Positions 56,038 through 64,000 of a DNA stretch of 64,000 nt are shown here, one piece after another. Position numbers and translations under genes: made by a program. The stretch is from the human T2T-CHM13v2.0 reference genome, Homo sapiens. Where the stretch lies: the NCBI RefSeq assembly GCF_009914755.1, contig NC_060926.1; one strand, 5' to 3'. Below the pieces are notes generated by a model. That model was not told the origin of the DNA. It was given only the letters and a program-made list of their open reading frames with translations, and did not search any database. How positions within the stretch are numbered: the first letter of the stretch is position 1; every line of letters begins with the position of its first letter.

Positions 56038-57591
56038 CTATAAAGCCTCCCCTGCCCCCAACATTGCACACACATTAAAATTAGATTACAGCCAAACAGC
56101 AATATAGTTTTGGGGATTGAGGGGGCAGGTAAGAAGCACATTTTTAGATAAATAGGGAATCAGAACCTCCATTATGGGAAGATGTTTTGATAGTCTCAGG
56201 TAAAAGTCTGCTTAGAAAAATTTTCACTGCAAGTTTTCAGTATGTTTTGAGATAGTTTGTCCTATATACTGATATTTGTTCATTGTTGAAATGGCTCTGA
56301 CCCTTGTTTTCTGTTATTTAACACTTATGTTAAGCAGAAGAAACATAAAATGCTTTCCACACTTCAGTGTTCACTTTAACATTTTCTTGATTAAGAAAAA
56401 TTTCCATTTATCTTAAGGAAGTAGATGACATTTATAAAGAGATCTAAAGGATCTCTTTATAAAGGAAAATGGATGAGGTTTAGAAAGGACTCTGGCATGA
56501 AGGAATAATTCCTTTTCAGAGTGTCCTTTATCTCACCCATCAATCAGTTGTTCAGATGGTTTGGCAAATGAGAAGATGGTGTCCTGATAAGCCATTCCAG
56601 AACTAAGGAATTCCAGCACCCATGTCCTCCGTTTGCTCAGAAGGAGACAGAAATGGAAGATTCCAATGATTAGATACACCAAGAAGAGGTGAGAAGAGAA
56701 ATGGTGGTGAAGATGCCCACCCTGATAGGGCCGGGCTGCCCATAGTACACAGACTCCCAGGGCCGTGTCAGCTCTCACTGTCTGCAGGCTCACAGCCTGG
56801 CCACCCAATTTCTCCTTCAATACTGACCCAATTAATATAGGGTTTGTGTCATCATCCCCATAGTTAGTGAAGTGATTTATCTACCCAGCAACCACCATGC
56901 CCAGCTCTGTGCTGGGTGTGGGTACCACTGAAGGGGGACTCCATGGGGTCAAGGGGAGGCTCGGGGCTCAGAAGGACCCTAGGGACCCTTACCCAGGATG
57001 TTGGGAGAGTCAGGGGTTTTGATCAGCAAGTATTTTGATAAATCTCCTTAACCATATATTTTATACTTGGAACACCAATTTTCAGAGAATTAGAAGAAAT
57101 AAGTATACATAAATGTTACAGAAAAGTTCACCTTTCTTTGCTCAGTTAGCCTCCAGTGGTACCGAGGAGGAGGGGCCCGTGATTCTGAACAGTTTTCTGC
57201 ATGATTCCCCGCCAGCTCTGCAGGTATAAAAGGTGTAGGGTACCACACTGATATGCATCGACTGCAGAGTACATTTTGAAACAAACCCTTAATATTAATT
57301 TTTCTTTTTCATTTAGCTCTTATGTCGCCACATGAATATAGGGGAACGTTTGGTTGTTTGAAATCTAGATCAGTGAGTATTTCATATTGATGCTGTCCGG
57401 ATGAGTCATACTTACTACTAGAAAGTGAGATGAGAGTGTTTTGTGATCATTCAAATGGGTTGTGTATAGTTGCGCCTCTTTCCAGAGCAACAGTTGACTT
57501 TTTCACTGAAATTAACTACTTTTCCTTTGCCACTTTCGTTAGAGAAGGAGACAGAGAGTCAAGGGTGAGGAAGGGATGAGAGACATTGTAC

Positions 57592-58140
57592 TGTGGGAAT
57601 AAACAAAGACCACCCAAATGAGAACAAGCAGAGGCCATTTATCCAGAGCTTGCACTAGTGAGGGTGTCGGCCACCAGCACTTGTGTTTGGCAGAGACTTA
57701 GAGGCAGGCAGGGGGTGGGAAAGCCTCACAGTGGAAAGAAGGGAAGGCTGCAAGCATGCCCTGATTGGAGGCTGTTGGCATGGGGGAGCTGCTGGTAACT
57801 AACTAGAAATGGGGCCTCCTGTGTGATCCGTTAGGGGAGCATGTTTGGCTCTCTCTGGTTGGTTCTAAGTTGGAAGCAGTGGATCGGGGTGGAATTAGGG
57901 CAGCTGTCATTTATTAATCAACTCCTGGCCATTTGGGGCTGATCATTATAGTTTGGCTTCGTGGATGGTGGCTGCAGATAGAGGTCTGACTTCTTCCAAG
58001 TCTGACGTGGAGCAGGCTGGCTCCATGCTGATTATTGTAGATGAGGGGCTGGCTTCCTGTACAGGTTGCTGCAGGCTGGGGATCAGGTTCTGTTTTTACA
58101 TGTGGTCTGCCCATTGTCCATTTGTACATTCAGTCTCTCA
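57592..58140 (-). mobile_element. ERV1 solo LTR, MER31-like
   Basis: On the minus strand it begins tgagagactgaatgtacaaatggacaatgggcagaccacatgtaaaaacagaac and ends ...ttcccaca. 4-bp TSD gtac/gtgc. Confidence 0.78.
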
Positions 58141-59429
58141 GTGCCAATGTAGCACTGGCTAAGAACAAACAACAGACCCAGCACACCGGTTGGCATAGGC
58201 TAGCATGGAAGCCACCCAGCCAGGCAGCTGACTACATGCACTCAGGCACCCAGGCTGCTCTGGGTGGATGCCAGCTGGGGCCACACTGCAGCCATCCAAT
58301 GTCAGCCCTGGTGGGCAGTTTCATACTTGGCCATGGGGCTTGTTGACAGTGCAGTGTCTTTGTGCTGTGAGCTCCTAACTGCCTTCCTTCAATTTGGGAT
58401 TCACATCAGAGAACTGCTTCTCTGAGAGGCATGCTGTTTTATTGGGCAAGGCAGCTCTAGCTCAGATTTTAGCCCATTTTTGGTAGTGACCAGCTGTCTT
58501 TGTCATCTAGGGATCCCCTGACAGTAAAAGATTCTCCTGCATGTCATCATGCTCCTGTTCTCAGCTCTCACCTGGTTCCTCACCATGGCAGAGGGTTTTC
58601 TGGTCAGGAATGGATTATTCCAAACCACTCTGGAATTTCTGTAGGAACCGACCCCTCCTTCAGTCAGTTTCTTGCCACCCCTGCAAGTTCAATGCTGTGG
58701 CTTCCCCACCCTGGGTGCGGTGTCAGGCCCAAGGTGAATGGAGACAGTGCCCAAATGGCTTGGCCATGTGGGCCAGCCCTCGGTGCCCACGATTTCAGCA
58801 CCTGCAGGCCCACATGTGGTTTTCTGAAGGTCATGCCCCTCCCCCATGGTTTTCTGCTTATATGTTTCTTGTGTGTTTTCTCCAACATTTAGGGAAAATT
58901 CTAGGGTGGTAACATCATTGGTAGTCAAGGGAGACACTGGAATCTTTTATTTTGCTAGAAGATATGAATAAAAAGTTTCCAGAGTTTAAGGCATTAAGTT
59001 TTACATAAAATGCGCTTAAAGTATTAAAGTTTTATAAATAAACTCTAAAAATGTGATGTTGGGTTTTGAAAGACATCTGTAATTTTTGAAGAGGGGATGG
59101 TTTTAAAAAGGCATTTCTTCTCTTGTCTTTGTGTGTGTTTGTACGTTTAAATTAAATGACATCCACTGTGTGTAGGAGTTAAAAGAGTGTTTTTTTCTCC
59201 TAATAACAACTCTTGTACCATTGACTACCAAGAATAACAATAAGCCTTCTTTTTAAGTTAAAAAAGAATATTTATTTTTGTCACTGAAAGAACAATTATT
59301 CATGTCTTTAAGTTAAAGTATTTTTATGAATTCTAAAACATTTTGATGTTTAGCTGCACACAATAAAAATGTCATATTAGTTGGTCCTTCAACTAAAATA
59401 TTTTGGTTGCAGGATCTTGGCCTTTCAAT

Positions 59430-59625
59430 AATACTAAGTATCATTTAATGAGGACTTATTTGTGCCATAAAGTGTTGAAAATGCCTTACATATGTTAACT
59501 CATCTACTCATGCTATTCTCATTTTATAGCTTGTAAACTGAGGCCCAGAAAGGTTCAGCCATCTGCCTGAGGTCACACAGCCACAGTTTGGACCTGAGCC
59601 ATCAATCATCCACCAAAAGCCTGCA
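59430..59625 (-). mobile_element. MIR
   Basis: catttaatgaggacttatttgtgcca...ctcattttatagc...aaactgaggcccagaaaggtt...cctgaggtcacacagc. Confidence 0.8.
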
Positions 59626-59949
59626 TTGACCCTAGAAGATTCCATTGCATGTTGTCAAGGCGCTTAGTTTCTCTCTTGTGTCTCCCCAAAACATAAACCT
59701 GGAATGGAAGAGAGCCACTTACTCTATAGATGCTTTTAGCTCAGAACGCTTCAAGCTTTTGGAGTATGAGAAATAATAACAATCATTCCATTCTTTCCTG
59801 GAGTTTGATCTCAGCTGTTGGTGATATTGTTGGGACTGATTTGCTATCTATAAAGCCAAATTTGAGAAAAGACAGGTTAAAAATAAACAGGGAGGATGAT
59901 GGTAGTAAAAATAACGTGACTGTCTTCTTATCTTGGAATTCTTTTTTAG

Positions 59950-60376
<427 letters not shown>

Positions 60377-62700
60377 TTATAAAGCCAGTGAGCTGATGGG
60401 GAACCCGGCAAGGTGTGACATCTGTAGGACTCAAAGGTTGTAGTGAAGTTTTCTCCTAGCACGTTAATGTTCTGTGTTGATGACACATGTAATCAGAACG
60501 CCTTCGCCATATATGAAGACCTTTAGGAAAAAGCCAAGAATAGTGTAGAAGGGCCTTCTTTTGGTACAAGAAGTGGCTGATTTCGTGGCCTCAAGAACCA
60601 CTTTGGTTTCTACTGTGTTTGGGGAAGCTACAAGTACAGATAAAGACACTGTGAATATATGTCTTTCTGTGTTTAAAAGAAGAGGAAAGAAAAGAGTTGA
60701 TGCAGAGGGGACCCCTGGACCTTATTTTTAGTGTTGACAAATCTGGTATCATTTAGAAGTGGATGTTTTCAAGGGCTTTCCCCTTAAAGGAGGAAGCAGA
60801 GGCCCAGGGAAGGAGCTTGCATTGGGTGGGCCATTGTGATGCTGTGGCTGGGCCTGGGAGATTCGACTGGACTCATGTTTTTATTGGGATTGTTTTCGAT
60901 TTTGCAAAGACCCTGGTTACAAAGTCCGGTGGGTCCTCAGTGGTCTGCCCAGCCCTGCTTTTCCCATTGGCCCAGTTTTTCTTAGGGTGTGATCTTCCAG
61001 GATCATATAGTATTCTAGAAGAGATTCCTGTATCATACTTGGGAGGTAATGTGAATGGAAAGTTCTTATAGACACAAATCTTATAGGAAAGATCTGGATG
61101 AAGCCTTGAGTGTTTGCCTTTCTGGGATCCAAGGAAACTCATGAAACAGGGAGGATTTAAAGGAGGAGGAAAGGGAAGTGAAAAGAGAATTCCCAAAGCC
61201 TGGAATTGACCCACACAGTTTGGCATGAAATGGTCACTTCCGCATCTAGAGCACACATTATTTTTCTGAAGCACCCTGTTGAATGAGAGGAATACATACG
61301 TGCCATCATAGGTTGAAAAAGTGATCTTTTCAGCATAAATTGGTGGGTGTTTGAGAGCATTACTTGCACAGTTCAACAATACAGAGCTGGAAATGCATAA
61401 AGAGGACATTCCCTGCTAGTCAACGAATACATAGATCTGTAGCTGGAAATTAGTTTTAACTTTCAAGTAGTCAAGAAACTTTTATGTCCAATAAGACTCT
61501 CTCTACGTAATTTTAGGCTGTACACTGGTTAAAATAATTCTATTTGGGGAAAATCTTGTGGTTGTTTGTCCCAAATCGCCCTGACATGTTCTCTGCCTTG
61601 AGTCCCCAAATCCCTGCCGTGGGGCGCAGCCTGTCATGCATGGGCCAGGAGGACAGCCAGCACACGGGGCAGATGCCGCAGGTCATCCAGCTACGTTTTC
61701 TGTGCATTCATCTCAGGAATACGGGTTTCCCTGCACACTTAAATCTACGTGTAACCCAAGTTTATAGACCTGCTGGGAAGTGGAAGGCAGTTGGTTGCCT
61801 TTCTCAAAGGCTGCTCCATGAGCAAGATGCCTTTCATCTAGACCATTCCGCTGGAAGCATCTGTCAGACCAGAGTAGTGCATCAGTCTAAAGTCAGCTCT
61901 CTCTTCTCTGGTTTAGGGTGGTAGTTGTGTGCTTTGGTTCTGTTTAGCTGAGTGGGTGAATGAAAGTAATTAAGATACCCTAAATAGGGTCTTTAGCTAA
62001 ACGGTCACCTCCCTGCCTAATTGTGACACCAATAAATCCAAGAAAGGGGAGGACAGTGGCAGCAGGTCACAGTGGGAGGATCATGGCTTGGAGCAAAGAC
62101 AAGGGCTGTGAGTTCCAGCCCTGCCACCATTAGCTGCAGTGTTTGCGCAGTTGGTTTCACCTCCCAGGTCTTCAGGTTCTTCATAGGGTCAGAACTCCAG
62201 GTAGATCATTCCTGGGCTTCCTTCACCTTGAAAAATCTCTGCCTCAACCATATTCTAATCACAACATTACTATAAAATGATAGGCATGACTTCTATATTT
62301 ACAAAAAGCCATAATGTATTTCCTCACTCTCTGTAGGAAGACATTTGAATTGTTACATTCTTTACTTTGCTCTAAAGCAAGGTTGTGGAAGGTTTCAGGT
62401 GCCAGCAGGTTTCTCAGGGCTAGAGTCTGTAACAAAGAGATCCTGGAAAACTGGAGAGAGGTTGGGGAGGAGAGGAATGGACACAGCGTGGTTCTGGTCC
62501 CACAGAGGTCCTATTGTCTGTAAGAATTTGATGTTGGCTAAAAGAGACATCAGGAGTCACTGGGGAGGGAGAAATTATGCTGTAATGGTCAGGGAAAGTG
62601 GTTAGACTTTTTCAAAAACAAACAAAATGTAAAATTTTACATCTTCACTTTACCCTATATAGCCAACTTAAACTCCAAGATAGATCTAACAGTAACTCTT

Positions 62701-62736
<36 letters not shown>

Positions 62737-63224
62737 AGAAAATAGAAAAAAAAATTTGTGAAATTCAGTGTATAGAATTTTCTAAGATTCAATGAAATCA
62801 CTAAAGAACATACTGACAGATTTGAGTTAAACTCATATACTTCATAAAAGGTAATCAAAATGTAAAGATCATTAACCTTTAGAGGAATTTGCAGAAAAGA
62901 ATTAACATCTTCAGTATAAGGAAAATAAACAAATTTTAAAACTGATACTATAATCGAGTTCTCATATTCTGGCCCAAGAATAGGTTGCATCAGATTTAGT
63001 TTCAAGTGTAGATTCCTGTCCTCTGTCAAACTCTTCTGCCAAGTCTTCAGCCTCCAAAGGTTGGGATCCTTTCTCTTCTCTGGCAGAAGGCATTCATTCA
63101 TGTGAGGGTACAAAAGAGGAAGGAATGGTATATGGTTAACAGGAAAATGGAAGTCAATAATGTGCAAAGAAAAAGGACGAGATCATTTTGTATCAAGGTA
63201 TCCAAAAAAATGTTACAGGGCTGT

Positions 63225-64000
<776 letters not shown>

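Noticed and set aside
60873-63167. 178-aa and 170-aa minus-strand ORFs
   Set aside because: No motif similarity I can recognise. One spans a poly-A run and probable L1 debris; lengths are compatible with chance.

Overview
Primate (human-like) genomic DNA, shown by AluJ/S/Y, L1PA/L1M, MIR, L2, MaLR/ERV LTRs and hAT/Tigger fossils. Bases 1-31,100 are repeat-rich upstream or intergenic sequence. A ~2.7 kb CpG island (31,150-33,850) holds a + strand promoter, an ATG-free first exon with a (GCG)7(GCA)2 repeat (donor at 33,108/33,109), and a second candidate 5' exon (donor at 33,893/33,894). The remaining ~30 kb looks like a long first intron. I find no credible host protein-coding exon and cannot name the gene. 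The only recognisable protein remnants are decayed LINE-1 ORF2. I found no convincing new biological system. The best observations are small mechanistic footprints: an Alu with a twin-priming-type 5' inversion, templated-insertion scars, a 5'UTR GCG repeat with a polyGly uORF-like frame, a CArG/TEAD promoter element, perfect hairpins and a long Z-DNA-prone tract. Repeat subfamilies were called by eye from recalled consensus sequences and need RepeatMasker/Dfam confirmation.
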